Source: Theionarchaea archaeon
GTDB taxonomy: Archaea; Methanobacteriota_B; Thermococci; Methanofastidiosales; SZ-28-30
Assembly (NCBI GenBank): GCA_018992685.1
Contig: JACVGT010000003.1
Span: 13,050 to 77,049 of the forward strand
Direction of reading: 5' to 3'
DNA: 64,000 nt
Below, in pieces: positions 38,190 through 48,760 of the stretch. Under the pieces are notes generated by a model. That model had not been told where the DNA came from, did not search any database, and saw only the letters and a list, made by a program, of their open reading frames with translations. Within the stretch, counting starts at the first letter, position 1, and every line of letters begins with the position of its first letter. A program made the position numbers and the translations under genes.

Positions 38190-39362
38190 TCATTTCTTGT
38201 CTTTTTGTGGATGAAAGACTTTTTTCAAGAATTTCTCCAGCCAGCAGCAGGAATCAGTCTTGAAGATCCATTGTTCTGCCACGTCCCTGTAGTGAGGTAG
38301 TGTGTGAATGCGTTGTCTTTCCAGGAGGATCGTTTTGCTTTTCTTCACAAAGGAACTAAGTGATTTCTTTCCTAGGGCATGATTCAGCCGTATGAATTGC
38401 AGCAGCATGTATGCATACGAAGGCAAGAACATCACAATATACCGTAAAGGAAAGTACTTCATAACGATATAGAGTTTGTTCCTGATCTGGTAGTATTGAG
38501 TGGTGGCAGAAACATTCCCGGATACCCCCCGGTTATGGTATGCCACTGAGGTAGGCACGAGGACCACATCGTACCCTGCCAGTCTGATTCGCCACGAAAG
38601 GTCCACATCCTCAAATATTAGAAAGAAATCAGGATCAAAGAGTCCTACCTTCTCCAAGACGTGCCCTTTTACAATTTCTGCCGCTGCACAAGCTCCAAAT
38701 ATTTCGTGTACTGTGTCAAATCGCGCATCATCCTTTTTACCAAACCAGATATCTCGTATAGCTCCATCTGAGTACAGTTCCTGGCCTACAGAATCAATGT
38801 AATGAGGATCTGAACTTCTGAGCAATTTGGGTTGAGCAGCTCCTACATCAGGATTATTTTCACAGGCAGCAACAAGTTCTGTAAGAAATGAGGGATCTAC
38901 CACAATATCGTTATTAAGCAGGAGGACATAGTCTGGATTCATTCTTAAAGCAACCCTGATGCCAATGTTGTTCCCTTCTGCGAACCCATAGTTTTTCTCA
39001 TTGGCGATGATGGTTATGCCTCGCGTTAGATGCGGTGTGATGACTTCTGATTCTTTTCTGGTCAGTATTTGAAAGCTGAAGCCTGCTAGCGTACTTACCT
39101 GCGATCTGATACTGTCTATGCGATCGCTTTCTGGACTATTGTCAACTACCAGTACAGCCAGAGGGTCGTAATTGGTGTTGTACAGAGATTGTATACACTC
39201 CATAGTATCCTTCGGACTGCCCCAATGCAGGGTCACCACCATAACTGAAGGGTTTTCATGATACGTGGATCTTGTAGACCTGGTCATCTCGACATTGGGC
39301 TTGCCTTTCCTTTTTCTGTCAAGATTTTCAGTCATATTGTTTGATTCAGTACTTTTCTTCAT
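38190..39362 (-). CDS. Glycosyltransferase family 2
   Basis: N-terminal region VVTLHWGSPKDTMECIQSL...VVDNSPESD and NEKNYGFAEGNNIG, as in the neighbouring GT2. Confidence 0.75.
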   Translation of the reverse strand: MKKSTESNNMTENLDRKRKGKPNVEMTRSTRSTYHENPSVMVVTLHWGSPKDTMECIQSLYNTNYDPLAVLVVDNSPESDRIDSIRSQVSTLAGFSFQILTRKESEVITPHLTRGITIIANEKNYGFAEGNNIGIRVALRMNPDYVLLLNNDIVVDPSFLTELVAACENNPDVGAAQPKLLRSSDPHYIDSVGQELYSDGAIRDIWFGKKDDARFDTVHEIFGACAAAEIVKGHVLEKVGLFDPDFFLIFEDVDLSWRIRLAGYDVVLVPTSVAYHNRGVSGNVSATTQYYQIRNKLYIVMKYFPLRYIVMFLPSYAYMLLQFIRLNHALGKKSLSSFVKKSKTILLERQRIHTLPHYRDVAEQWIFKTDSCCWLEKFLKKVFHPQKDKK

Positions 39363-39821
39363 TTAAGCTTACTGCTGGACGGTCTTTCATAACCTGGATC
39401 TTCAACAAATCTTCCATCCTGAATTTACGTCCAACGAAAATCCCTGCCAATATTGTGACAAAGAAAAATCCACGATTAAGACCTTGAGGCAACATGTCAC
39501 ATCTTTTTCCCTTCTACCAAAGAGTGCTACCATTTCAGAATCTGTCCTTGGCTGGTCCTCTGTCGAAGTGTCTCCTAAGACAATTCTGTTTCTGGAATGA
39601 TATCCAAGATGTTTTCTGGATCTATTACTACAGAAAACGTGTAGTGTCCATCCGGGAGAGAACAGGTTATTCAAGGATATGCTTTTTCCTCCAAGAGAAT
39701 ATCTGTGACCTGTTCTCCATGTAGGTTACTCTCATTGGGTTGCCCCCGGAGGAATTTCACTAGGGACAGTTGCTTAAATCTGTATGCACATGCTTATAAG
39801 TCTGTATACACATACACATAC

Positions 39822-40034
39822 ATGAGCACAAAAACAATATCCATCACCAAGGATGTCTACGACATGTTGACAATGGAAAAAGGGGATAATGAGAGCTTCT
39901 CCGATGTAATCTCTCGATTAGTTAGAAGGAGATCGAAACTCTCCGACTCTTTTGGCAAGTGGGAAATGACGGACAGAGAAATAGAAGAATTCAAATCTGA
40001 ACTTCACAGCATGTGGGAGGAGTGGCAAGTATGA
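39822..40034 (+). CDS. vapB: VapB-like antitoxin (small DNA-binding protein)
   Basis: 70 aa. The N-terminus MSTKTISITKDVYDMLT fits an archaeal antitoxin family. Its stop overlaps the downstream PIN gene start (ATGA). TATA-like CTTATAAG lies about 25 nt upstream. Confidence 0.55.
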   Translation: MSTKTISITKDVYDMLTMEKGDNESFSDVISRLVRRRSKLSDSFGKWEMTDREIEEFKSELHSMWEEWQV

Positions 40035-40414
40035 AATGCCTTGATTCTGATTTCCTGATTGATATTCTCGCTGGAAAAGAAGAAGCAGAACGCAAAATGC
40101 TGGAAATAGAGATTGAAAGGCTAGCGACCACTGCTATCAATGTCTTCGAGATCCTATTTGGAGCAGAATATTCAAGGAACAAGAAGAATATTAAGGAGGC
40201 ACTCAGGATAGTAGGTGGGCTGGATGTTTTTGCCTTTGATCAAGAGGCTGCTGAGGAAGCTAGTAAGATTCAGGTTCAATGTATACGAAGAGGAACCCGT
40301 CTTCCAATCCGTGATCTCTTCATTGCTTCAGTGGCAAAAGCTCATGAGTGTGTTGTTGTGACCAGAAATGTGAATCATTTCAGAGGTTGTGGACTAGAAA
40401 TAGAGACGTGGTAG
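40031..40414 (+). CDS. vapC: PIN-domain ribonuclease toxin VapC
   Basis: N-terminal LDSDFLIDIL (first PIN Asp) and C-terminal TRNVNHF. Confidence 0.7.
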   Translation: MKCLDSDFLIDILAGKEEAERKMLEIEIERLATTAINVFEILFGAEYSRNKKNIKEALRIVGGLDVFAFDQEAAEEASKIQVQCIRRGTRLPIRDLFIASVAKAHECVVVTRNVNHFRGCGLEIETW

Positions 40415-40657
40415 TGTCAACCTATGGTGCAATGCCTGTGGACTGGACTGAGGAAAATCACAGGAACCTCATCTAATACATTCCGGCTTGATACACCTGT
40501 TATGATTGCTCTATTCTCAATCAGCAAATCACACAGACTATTACTTCTTAGAAATGCCGATATCACGTATTAATACAAGAACCTTTTCTTGGAGGATCGG
40601 AATATTGAAACACCTTTCTACGGGAACCTTATTAAGTACAAACTAGGAATCCTTCAT

Positions 40658-42259
40658 ATGGTACACACCGTGGTCATTGGGCTGGATGGTGCTACCTGGG
40701 ATGTTCTATCCCCTCTGATACAAAAAGGAGAACTTCCCACCTTCAGGAATCTCGTGAACACAAGTGTATATGGCCCCTTGACTTCTACCATACCCCCCGT
40801 GACAGGCCCTTCCTGGGTCTCTGTGGCTACGGGCAGGAACCCTGGAAAAACGGGCATCATTGACTTCATCAACAGGAAAGATTCATCCAGTAGATTATTC
40901 CCTGTGAATGCCTCCGATTTCAAGGATATTTCCTTCTGGGACTACATCAGCTCCAGAGGCTACACAGTGGGGATCGTAAACTTCCCCATGCTGTGGCCAC
41001 CTTATCCTGTTAACGGGTTCATGATATCAGGACTTCATCTTTTACCTTCTGACGCCATAACCTATCCCCAGCCTTTGAGAGAAGAAATTGACCAAGCCGT
41101 TGGAGGGTATGAGACAACTGTTGACTATCATCTGGAAAAATATAATGACGAAGATCTCCTGTTCCATGACATAATGAGAGTCCTGGACAAGAGGGCCAAG
41201 ACGGTCCACTATCTGATGGAGACCTATCCTGTGGATTTATTTGTTGCCATCTTTTCCTGCACTGATTGGATTCAGCACGCCTTCTGGAAGTATTTCGATG
41301 AATCACATCCTGACCATAGAGAAAATTCCCCACGCACCCAGGATTTTGTCACCTTCTGGAAGAAGATAGATGAGATTGTTGGTTCCATGATAGCTCAAGC
41401 GGGACCTGGTGCCACGGTGATAATCCTATCAGATCATGGATTTGGGCCCAGTGACCAATGTTTTAACCTGGCCCGGTGGCTTCACGAGAAGAATTACATG
41501 ATCATACGTGAAGGAGAACCCATGTCCTGGAATACAACTCTGGAAAAGACAAGAAACCTGCTGAACAGAGGACCAGGAACCCTCATTGTCAAGGGTGGGA
41601 GGTTGCTGCTCAGGGGTATCCGGGGCCTCAAGCGTGAGATCAATCCCCTGTGGGGACACGGTCATTCCCTGGTTTTCACTGGGTTGAACATTGATTTCGA
41701 GGCAAGCAGGGCGTATTGCCTGGGACATACCATACCTTTTGGAGCAATCTACATCCCGGAAGGGCAGCATCATAAAGAAACCAAGAAGGGGATAATTCAT
41801 GACCTGAACAGACTGAGTGAAGAGACAGGAAAAGATATCACAGTGGAGATCTTTCTGCCAGAAAACCTCTTTGAGGGACCCAAAATGAGAGGATTACCTG
41901 ATATTCTGTTCTCCATTAATAACTGGAGGTGTGTCATAACGGAGACAGACATTAAAAAACCTCTCTTCATTGAGAGGCCGTACTCTGAAAGGCATACAGG
42001 TTCGCACAGGATGCATGGCATACTGGCAGCGTGCGGGCCTCGTATCAAGAAAGGCACTGTACAAGCTTCTGTTTACGATATTGCTCCCACGATACTCTCT
42101 CTATTTGGCATACCTGCACCCGGTGACATGGATGGGACTGTATTATCTCAGATAGCGACTGAAAGAGTCCAAATTTTGGGAGAAGAGCCTCATATTGGAC
42201 ATGAAAAGGAAAAAATCCTGGAAAAGATAACTCGCCTGAAACGAGAAGACAAATTGTAG
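40658..42259 (+). CDS. Alkaline-phosphatase-superfamily protein (type I phosphodiesterase/nucleotide pyrophosphatase family)
   Basis: N-terminus VVIGLDGATWDVL...TIPPVTGPSWVSVATG matches the catalytic Thr/Ser context of PF01663-type enzymes. Confidence 0.6.
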   Translation: MVHTVVIGLDGATWDVLSPLIQKGELPTFRNLVNTSVYGPLTSTIPPVTGPSWVSVATGRNPGKTGIIDFINRKDSSSRLFPVNASDFKDISFWDYISSRGYTVGIVNFPMLWPPYPVNGFMISGLHLLPSDAITYPQPLREEIDQAVGGYETTVDYHLEKYNDEDLLFHDIMRVLDKRAKTVHYLMETYPVDLFVAIFSCTDWIQHAFWKYFDESHPDHRENSPRTQDFVTFWKKIDEIVGSMIAQAGPGATVIILSDHGFGPSDQCFNLARWLHEKNYMIIREGEPMSWNTTLEKTRNLLNRGPGTLIVKGGRLLLRGIRGLKREINPLWGHGHSLVFTGLNIDFEASRAYCLGHTIPFGAIYIPEGQHHKETKKGIIHDLNRLSEETGKDITVEIFLPENLFEGPKMRGLPDILFSINNWRCVITETDIKKPLFIERPYSERHTGSHRMHGILAACGPRIKKGTVQASVYDIAPTILSLFGIPAPGDMDGTVLSQIATERVQILGEEPHIGHEKEKILEKITRLKREDKL

Positions 42260-42266
42260 TGATTCT

Positions 42267-43052
42267 ATGGAATTCCATGGTATTATTCCTGACAAACCCC
42301 GCCACTATATAACCAGACAGCACATCACGCGATATGCATTCGCTTCCACTTACGTTACGGGCAAGAAGGTGCTGGATATTGCCTGTGGGGCTGGATATGG
42401 ATCCAGTTATCTGGCAGGATGCGGGGCTAGAATGGTGGTGGGAGTGGATGTATCTGAGAGTGCACTCGCGTATGCCTGCAGCCACTACACGAGGGATAAC
42501 CTCAATTTCTTACAAGGTGATGCAGTACGGTTACCTTTTGAGGATGATGAATTTGATGTGATAGTATCCTTTGAAACTATAGAGCACATTGCCCAATCTC
42601 AAGAATACGTGAAGGAAATGAAAAGAGTCCTTTCCCCGCAGGGTATATTCATCTGCTCCACTCCCCATGTCAAGTACACGCGACACCCTGTGTACCATGT
42701 GAAGGAGTTCTCTCCTGAGGAATTCTTCAGTCTACTTGAAGACACCTTTTATCGTGTTGAACGGTACGCCCAGTTCATTACTATGGTAACACGGATACGT
42801 GACATTATTCCGATTACAGAGTACTATGGCAGGCTAGTTGCACGACTAAAGCGTTCATTACCTTTCAAGAGCAGGTTAAGGACTTTTAGGGACAGAATGT
42901 TTCCCCCTTCCTCGTGTCAGCATATATATGAGATCACATCAGGAGATATAGAAGCTTTCACCAGAGAAAGAGTAACCCTCCTGGAAGAGAAAGGGTTCTT
43001 TGATATAGTGAGGATCATGGTCGCAGTCTGTGAGAAGGAGGGCAACCAATGA
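42267..43052 (+). CDS. Class I SAM-dependent methyltransferase
   Basis: Motif I VLDIACGAGYGS and motif post-I VVGVDVSE. Confidence 0.75.
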   Translation: MEFHGIIPDKPRHYITRQHITRYAFASTYVTGKKVLDIACGAGYGSSYLAGCGARMVVGVDVSESALAYACSHYTRDNLNFLQGDAVRLPFEDDEFDVIVSFETIEHIAQSQEYVKEMKRVLSPQGIFICSTPHVKYTRHPVYHVKEFSPEEFFSLLEDTFYRVERYAQFITMVTRIRDIIPITEYYGRLVARLKRSLPFKSRLRTFRDRMFPPSSCQHIYEITSGDIEAFTRERVTLLEEKGFFDIVRIMVAVCEKEGNQ

Positions 43053-44209
43053 AGGTAGGGATTATCACTGATGGGCTGGAATATGCTCCCCTGAGTATTC
43101 GAAACTACATTGAAAACCTGGTAACGGCCCTTCTGAAGATTCATGGTGATAATATCATCCTCCTCCACAGACAGAAGAGTTCTCATCCTCTCTATAGAGA
43201 AGGTAAGGAAATACTCCTTCCCGGCATTGATAAGGGTTCCTTATATAATCCTCTGTCATTCTTGAGAAGACGGATACATGATTTTTTCTACTATGTTGAG
43301 AACCGGAATTTCCTCGAAGAACTGGGGATTGATGTGGTGCACTTTCCTGATCTGGGGAGGCCTGCTCCTCCCCTGTGCGCAGCATCGCTTCCCATGAAGA
43401 TAGTGGTGACAAACCACGGGATGGCTCAGTTGTCACTCCCCGCCAGGTCATGCTACGGGAGACCTGTGAGTAGACAGCAACTCATTGAACTGAAAGAGCT
43501 CTTGAAGTGGAGACTCGTATTCACCAAGAGATGTGAGGCTTTTATCACTGTCTCCGAGAGTGAGAGGAGGATCTTGGTTGAAAAGGGTTCTTTCCCTGAA
43601 GAGAGAGTGCATGTTATCTACCATGGTGTCTCCCCAGATTTCAGCCCACAACCAATGACCAAGATTGAGAATGCCCTAGGGACGTATGGAATTGAGCGCC
43701 CGTATGTGCTTCACACCAGTGCGTATCAGCCCAAGAAGAATACCGAAAGAGTAATCAAAGCGTTCCAGAACCTTGACACAGATCATACGCTGGTGATTGT
43801 TGGACCTAGTCAGGCTAGCCAGAGACTTGGCGACGTGAAAAAGAAAGGTAGGATAATTGTGGCGGGATTTGTGGATAAAAAGGACCTGGTTTCGTTATAC
43901 AGTGGAGCTGAAGCATTTGTATTTCCTTCTCTTCACGAGAGTTTTGGAATGCCTATACTGGAGGCCATGGGGTGCGGGTGCCCGGTTATAACTTCAGAGA
44001 GGTTTTCAATGCCAGAAGTGGCAGGAGATGCAGCTGTTCTGGTCAACCCGTATTGTGTTGAAGATATCACATCTGGATTGAGAAAGGTTCTGACTGATCC
44101 TTCTTTTCGAGAAGAATTGAGAGAAAGAGGATTGGAAAGGGTGCAGAAGTTCTCCTGGGAAAAAAGTGCACGAGAGCATTGGACAGTCTACAAAAGAGCA
44201 TCACAGTGA
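43049..44209 (+). CDS. Glycosyltransferase family 4 (GT-B)
   Basis: ESFGMPILEAMGCGCPVITS motif. The ATGA overlaps the methyltransferase stop. Confidence 0.8.
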   Translation: MKVGIITDGLEYAPLSIRNYIENLVTALLKIHGDNIILLHRQKSSHPLYREGKEILLPGIDKGSLYNPLSFLRRRIHDFFYYVENRNFLEELGIDVVHFPDLGRPAPPLCAASLPMKIVVTNHGMAQLSLPARSCYGRPVSRQQLIELKELLKWRLVFTKRCEAFITVSESERRILVEKGSFPEERVHVIYHGVSPDFSPQPMTKIENALGTYGIERPYVLHTSAYQPKKNTERVIKAFQNLDTDHTLVIVGPSQASQRLGDVKKKGRIIVAGFVDKKDLVSLYSGAEAFVFPSLHESFGMPILEAMGCGCPVITSERFSMPEVAGDAAVLVNPYCVEDITSGLRKVLTDPSFREELRERGLERVQKFSWEKSAREHWTVYKRASQ

Positions 44210-44317
44210 TTGTGGATGTACGTATGGGTCAGGTATGTGGATGATAAGGGAACCATGACAAAATGTTTAAGGAGTGAAATCACACGCTGATGACGTAAGA
44301 ATCCTAAAGGTGATACT

Positions 44318-45031
44318 ATGAAGGAACACGAACCCCAACCCTCTGAAGGGATTGGAATGAAAGCGGTCCTCCGATTCGTTGTGTTTTTGCTGGTGATGCC
44401 CTTGACCCTTTTCATCGCTGCAGGTACGGTACACTGGACCATGGGCTGGATCTACATACTTCTGTCCTATACGTTCACCGCAACCAGTAGAATAGTTGTT
44501 TTTTATAAGAATCCCGAAACGCTAAGAGAACGTGGAAGATCCTTGGACGCAGAGGATGTCAGGAGCTGGGATAAAGCACTCCTCCTGTTTGCAGCACTGC
44601 TTGGTCCCCTCGTCATGCTTCTCGTGGCAGGGCTTGACTTCAGATTTTCCTGGTCGCCACACATTCCAGGTTTGATTCAGTTACTGGCCTTGATTCCTGC
44701 ACTATTGGGTTCTGTGATAGCTGGCTGGGCCATGATCGCGAATAAATTCTTTTCGGCTGTGGTGAGAATTCAAAAGGAACTGAATCAAACAGTTGTCAGA
44801 GATGGACCTTACAGAATTGTCCGTCATCCCGGATATCTCGGGGGAATTATTGGTATGCTTTCAACACCAGTGATACTTGGTTCTCTATGGGCACTATTAC
44901 CTGCAGCATGTGTGGCAGGGCTGACCATTGTACGAACATCTCTTGAGGACAGAGCACTGAAAGAAGAACTTGATGGATACAGAGAGTATGCCCAGGACGT
45001 GAGATTCAGGTTGTTACCTGGCATCTGGTAG
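44318..45031 (+). CDS. Isoprenylcysteine carboxyl methyltransferase (ICMT/PEMT) family membrane methyltransferase
   Basis: RDGPYRIVRHPGYLGGIIGML signature. Multi-TM. Confidence 0.7.
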   Translation: MKEHEPQPSEGIGMKAVLRFVVFLLVMPLTLFIAAGTVHWTMGWIYILLSYTFTATSRIVVFYKNPETLRERGRSLDAEDVRSWDKALLLFAALLGPLVMLLVAGLDFRFSWSPHIPGLIQLLALIPALLGSVIAGWAMIANKFFSAVVRIQKELNQTVVRDGPYRIVRHPGYLGGIIGMLSTPVILGSLWALLPAACVAGLTIVRTSLEDRALKEELDGYREYAQDVRFRLLPGIW

Positions 45032-45129
45032 CCCTTCCCCCTTTCGTGGCTGCCTCCTGCATATGTCTTCAGTGCCATTCAGCACAAATCGTTCCCGTCC
45101 GCTGATAAGATACTTCCAATCACCTTCCA

Positions 45130-47298
45130 TTACTCTTTTGGCACAGGAGTTGCTTTTTCCTTTTTCCGCTTATAGATGCCTACGAAGATACATAGTGCCG
45201 CTATGATCACATAGCCATACCCCAACGGAGACACAATCCAGAAGATGATAACACCACCTGCAGCCCACACCACGCCTGCTACAAGAAAGAACAGTCCACG
45301 TCTCTTTCTGTTCAATCCTACAAATACTATTCCAAATGAAGAACTGAGAAGTGCAACAATGAAAGGTATATCGATCTCCTCCCACAGGGACGTTTTTTCC
45401 GGGATGAACTCTTCCTGCAAAACATGTGCTGGCAGCTGCTGTGCTGTGGTGATGGTGCCTTTCCGTACTGCTGCAACAACATAGTTTACAGCATCCCCTG
45501 CAGGAATCCATAAATCAGGGAAGAATCCTCTTTCTTCCCTTAACTCCAAATCCAGAGGAATATTCAAACTGATGGGGAGATAGACCGAGAGAGCAGAATG
45601 AGGGAGCCTGTGGAGAGTCATCTGCCCAAACACGAGAGCACCCATGGTATTCTCTCCCACAAGGACAACGTTTTCCACTTGCTGGAGATAATTGACGAAT
45701 CCCTCTGCAGCAGAGGCAACACTGCCATTTATCACAACAATCAAGGTGGTATCACTAAGGATAGCTCTGGAATCTTCAGAAAAGGGGCCTGTCCAGTGGG
45801 GACGCATGTACATGTTCTCGAAGGCCTCTGCCTGTGCTCCATAGTGTTCACTATCTGTTTGATACGTGTAGGTGTCCGGATATATATCTAAGAGATATTC
45901 AAAATAATTGCGACGCCCCATCATTGTTGTCTTACTGATAAATTCAGTGAAATAGCGGTTGCTGGATGGTTTCTGACCAGTAAATCTCGTGACCCACTTT
46001 CTTGGCCATTCCTCGTTACCACCTCCATTACCTCGAAGGTCAATGATGAGACAGGGGGTTCCGTCATACTTCTGAGCAGTCGAAATAAATGTAGTGAGGT
46101 AGTCACTGTGATGATCAGAAAATGAACGGATACGTACCACAGGGATTCCACCCACCGTATCCTCCCGAAAAATGTCACTCGAGAAAGAATCGAAATCAGA
46201 ACGAGACAACGCAACCTGAACCTGTATCTGCTCTTGGCCGTGCTGTGCCACTACTACTACCGGATGAGGTGAGGATTCTGAAAGTGTTCCCATTCTGTAA
46301 ATAGGATCTCCTTTGGCATTGAGAGAGGGGAACATGTATTCGTCCGGGCGCCCTCCATTGATTGATGCAACCTTATAGGTGACACCGTTTAAGATGAAAA
46401 AATACTCTCCTTGAGCTTTCCATAGTTCAAGTTCAAGATCTGTGTCATACCAGAAGTGCTTGTGGTTCCCGTATCTGTACTCACCGATACTGAGATGGCA
46501 ATCATGGATAAAGGCAAGATTGTCATGTATCAAGCGAGAGAGATCATCTGGAGACCACATCAAGGTTTTCTCTATCTCGGTGAGGATACTTGTCTTTGCT
46601 TCATCAAAGTCCCCTTCTGTCTTGAAATATCCGTAGCCACAATACCCATGAGACATCAGGTAGAACAGGTATTCCACATCTTCTACAGCTTCTTCTTGAG
46701 AAATGTGGGAAGGTGGCTTCGCATCCACATCCATGTCTAATGTTGTCATGGGAAGCTCATCGTCCTCTGGCAGGTACTGTATGCCGGCGATGTACTCGCG
46801 TGCTTCTTCGGGAGGCGCACTTAAGAAGGGAGGGAAAACCCAGGTCTTACCTAGTGATGCAATCAATTCTTCTGCTGCCTTCTTGGTGAGAACGTTGTCT
46901 GATCCCGTGCATATGTAGACAGTTCTTCCCTCTACCCATGGGCTCTCTTTCTTGAATACTACAGAGGTACCATCTTGTATATGGTCTCTTTCCTCCCGGG
47001 TTATCATTTCTGCAATGATCTCACCAGTGTATTCAGCATCTAATCCACCAATAATAATAAGATTCTTGTCTTGTGCGCATTCAGGCACCTCTCCCGCGTT
47101 TACGATAATCCATTCGGGCTTCACTCTTCTCAGCAGAACTGAGAAATCTGTGCAGAATGATTCATCAGTTTCATTAGAGATAATCACTGTATTTCCAGGG
47201 ACTACCTCACTGTCCTCAGCAGATCCGGGCACACAAGAAAGGGAAAAAGCCAGGATGATCAAGATAGGTGATATTTGTCTCATTCTAACCAACTTCAT
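45130..47298 (-). CDS. Membrane-anchored peptidase S41 (C-terminal processing protease-like) family protein
   Basis: Motifs LIIDLRGNGGG and VINGSVASAAEGF are S41 hallmarks. Carries an N-terminal signal/TM and two C-terminal TM segments. Start trimmed to MKLVRMRQ. Confidence 0.55.
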   Translation of the reverse strand: MKLVRMRQISPILIILAFSLSCVPGSAEDSEVVPGNTVIISNETDESFCTDFSVLLRRVKPEWIIVNAGEVPECAQDKNLIIIGGLDAEYTGEIIAEMITREERDHIQDGTSVVFKKESPWVEGRTVYICTGSDNVLTKKAAEELIASLGKTWVFPPFLSAPPEEAREYIAGIQYLPEDDELPMTTLDMDVDAKPPSHISQEEAVEDVEYLFYLMSHGYCGYGYFKTEGDFDEAKTSILTEIEKTLMWSPDDLSRLIHDNLAFIHDCHLSIGEYRYGNHKHFWYDTDLELELWKAQGEYFFILNGVTYKVASINGGRPDEYMFPSLNAKGDPIYRMGTLSESSPHPVVVVAQHGQEQIQVQVALSRSDFDSFSSDIFREDTVGGIPVVRIRSFSDHHSDYLTTFISTAQKYDGTPCLIIDLRGNGGGNEEWPRKWVTRFTGQKPSSNRYFTEFISKTTMMGRRNYFEYLLDIYPDTYTYQTDSEHYGAQAEAFENMYMRPHWTGPFSEDSRAILSDTTLIVVINGSVASAAEGFVNYLQQVENVVLVGENTMGALVFGQMTLHRLPHSALSVYLPISLNIPLDLELREERGFFPDLWIPAGDAVNYVVAAVRKGTITTAQQLPAHVLQEEFIPEKTSLWEEIDIPFIVALLSSSFGIVFVGLNRKRRGLFFLVAGVVWAAGGVIIFWIVSPLGYGYVIIAALCIFVGIYKRKKEKATPVPKE

Positions 47299-47707
47299 TT
47301 TATTTTTTTCCTTTGTGGTATCTTTTTCTTTCTCTGACTCATTTTTAAGATTTTCCGCTTTTTTTTTGCGCATGTTGTCCCAGAGATCAACAAAATCCAG
47401 AAAGTTTCTTCCGTTCACGAGGTGAGAAATATCATCACTAAAGATTCGCCTCGTGCCCTCGCCTTTGCCAGATTTTCATACACATCATCTTTCAACCAAT
47501 GCCTGTCACACAGCGCCGGAGGGATCAAGAGGATAGGAGGACTGAAGATCATCCACCTTCAGCACCATGATGCTGTATGGCACAGACACATTGAAAGCTG
47601 AGGAGGTATCAGTAATCAGATCATCAACCACATGATTTTCCATGCAACCTGACCTGCAATCCTTGACCCAGACTGCGTATTCATGAGACAGACATGCTGG
47701 AGCGGTA

Positions 47708-48760
47708 TCATTCAGTGCTTCTCTTTTCTCTCTTTTTCACCTTCTTATACACAAATACCCCCACCATGCTGAGCACGAGAGCCAGAATCACATACAAGAG
47801 ACTGGAAAGCAACCCAGGTGAAGACACTGTGGAGAATGGCTCAGGTTCTTCTGATTCCTTGATCTCACTTGGAGATTCAGACTCTTCTGATTCTTCAGAA
47901 ATTCTCATGGAAAAAAGCGTGGCTGCGTCGTACGAATGGTTTCCCTTTTCCAGTTCATCTTTCAGGTCAAATACAGCAACATCGTCGAAATTCTGCTTGT
48001 TATAAAAGTACGCGATCCCATGTACGGGGTCATAGATCGTGGTGTAGGTTGTCCCCTGATTGCAGGTGGCTTTCAGAATCTCCAGAAAGTATTCCACTGT
48101 CAGATCGTCCTCGCTCTTGACTTCTGTCAACATCCCTTCGGCAGTGTTGTACCGCCAGCAAGGATATCCCAGGTTTCTTTGAAGGAGGTTGAAGTTGGTG
48201 GTTATCTGGTATACGCCTGCCTTCTTGATTACCTTCATCGTTCCATCTGTACCAGGGCACAGCACCATTGCATTACCTGTTCTATCGGCAAATAGGAACT
48301 GCATATCACCAAATGAGGACAAATCATATTGCTCTATGAACTGGGCAGCCTCTTCAACGTTCTTGCAGTTCTTCAGGACAGTCTCGCCAAAAACTCCGCC
48401 ATTGACCACCGGCAACTTTCCCGGGTATGGGCTCATTTTACACTCTGGAATTGATGTGATGTCAAAGCACAATCCCTGGTCGTTCATGCCACCCATGGGG
48501 AAATGACCTCTCAGTATGGGATAATTCCTGAACCCGAAGTACACCCATCCATATGTGTCTTCAGTGGCACGGACGAACCAGACTGTCGCGCGCTTGTCGC
48601 CCACATCTTCATTATTCCCAAAGAGGACCGTATCACCCATAGAAGCAGTAAAGACAGTACAGGATTCAGGGGTGATATCTAGGAAATCAAGACCCATACC
48701 AGCGTAATCTACCACAATCACGAAGATGAAAATCCACAACATTGCTGTTATCCTCGTCAT
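47708..48760 (-). CDS. Ntn-hydrolase, choloylglycine hydrolase/acid ceramidase-like (C59 family) protein with C-terminal membrane anchor
   Basis: Signal peptide, then Cys nucleophile context SCTVFTAS...FGNNED. Acidic Ser/Glu linker followed by PGLL plus TM plus KKVKKREKR tail. Confidence 0.5.
   Translation of the reverse strand: MTRITAMLWIFIFVIVVDYAGMGLDFLDITPESCTVFTASMGDTVLFGNNEDVGDKRATVWFVRATEDTYGWVYFGFRNYPILRGHFPMGGMNDQGLCFDITSIPECKMSPYPGKLPVVNGGVFGETVLKNCKNVEEAAQFIEQYDLSSFGDMQFLFADRTGNAMVLCPGTDGTMKVIKKAGVYQITTNFNLLQRNLGYPCWRYNTAEGMLTEVKSEDDLTVEYFLEILKATCNQGTTYTTIYDPVHGIAYFYNKQNFDDVAVFDLKDELEKGNHSYDAATLFSMRISEESEESESPSEIKESEEPEPFSTVSSPGLLSSLLYVILALVLSMVGVFVYKKVKKREKRSTE

Noticed and set aside
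47355-47375. Homopolymeric T/A run (GCTTTTTTTTTGCGC) inside the N-terminal Lys-rich extension of the S41 peptidase ORF
   Set aside because: It could signal a frameshift-prone tract or simply a 5' UTR. The peptidase start was therefore trimmed to the downstream MKLVRMRQ signal peptide, and no claim of phase variation is made.
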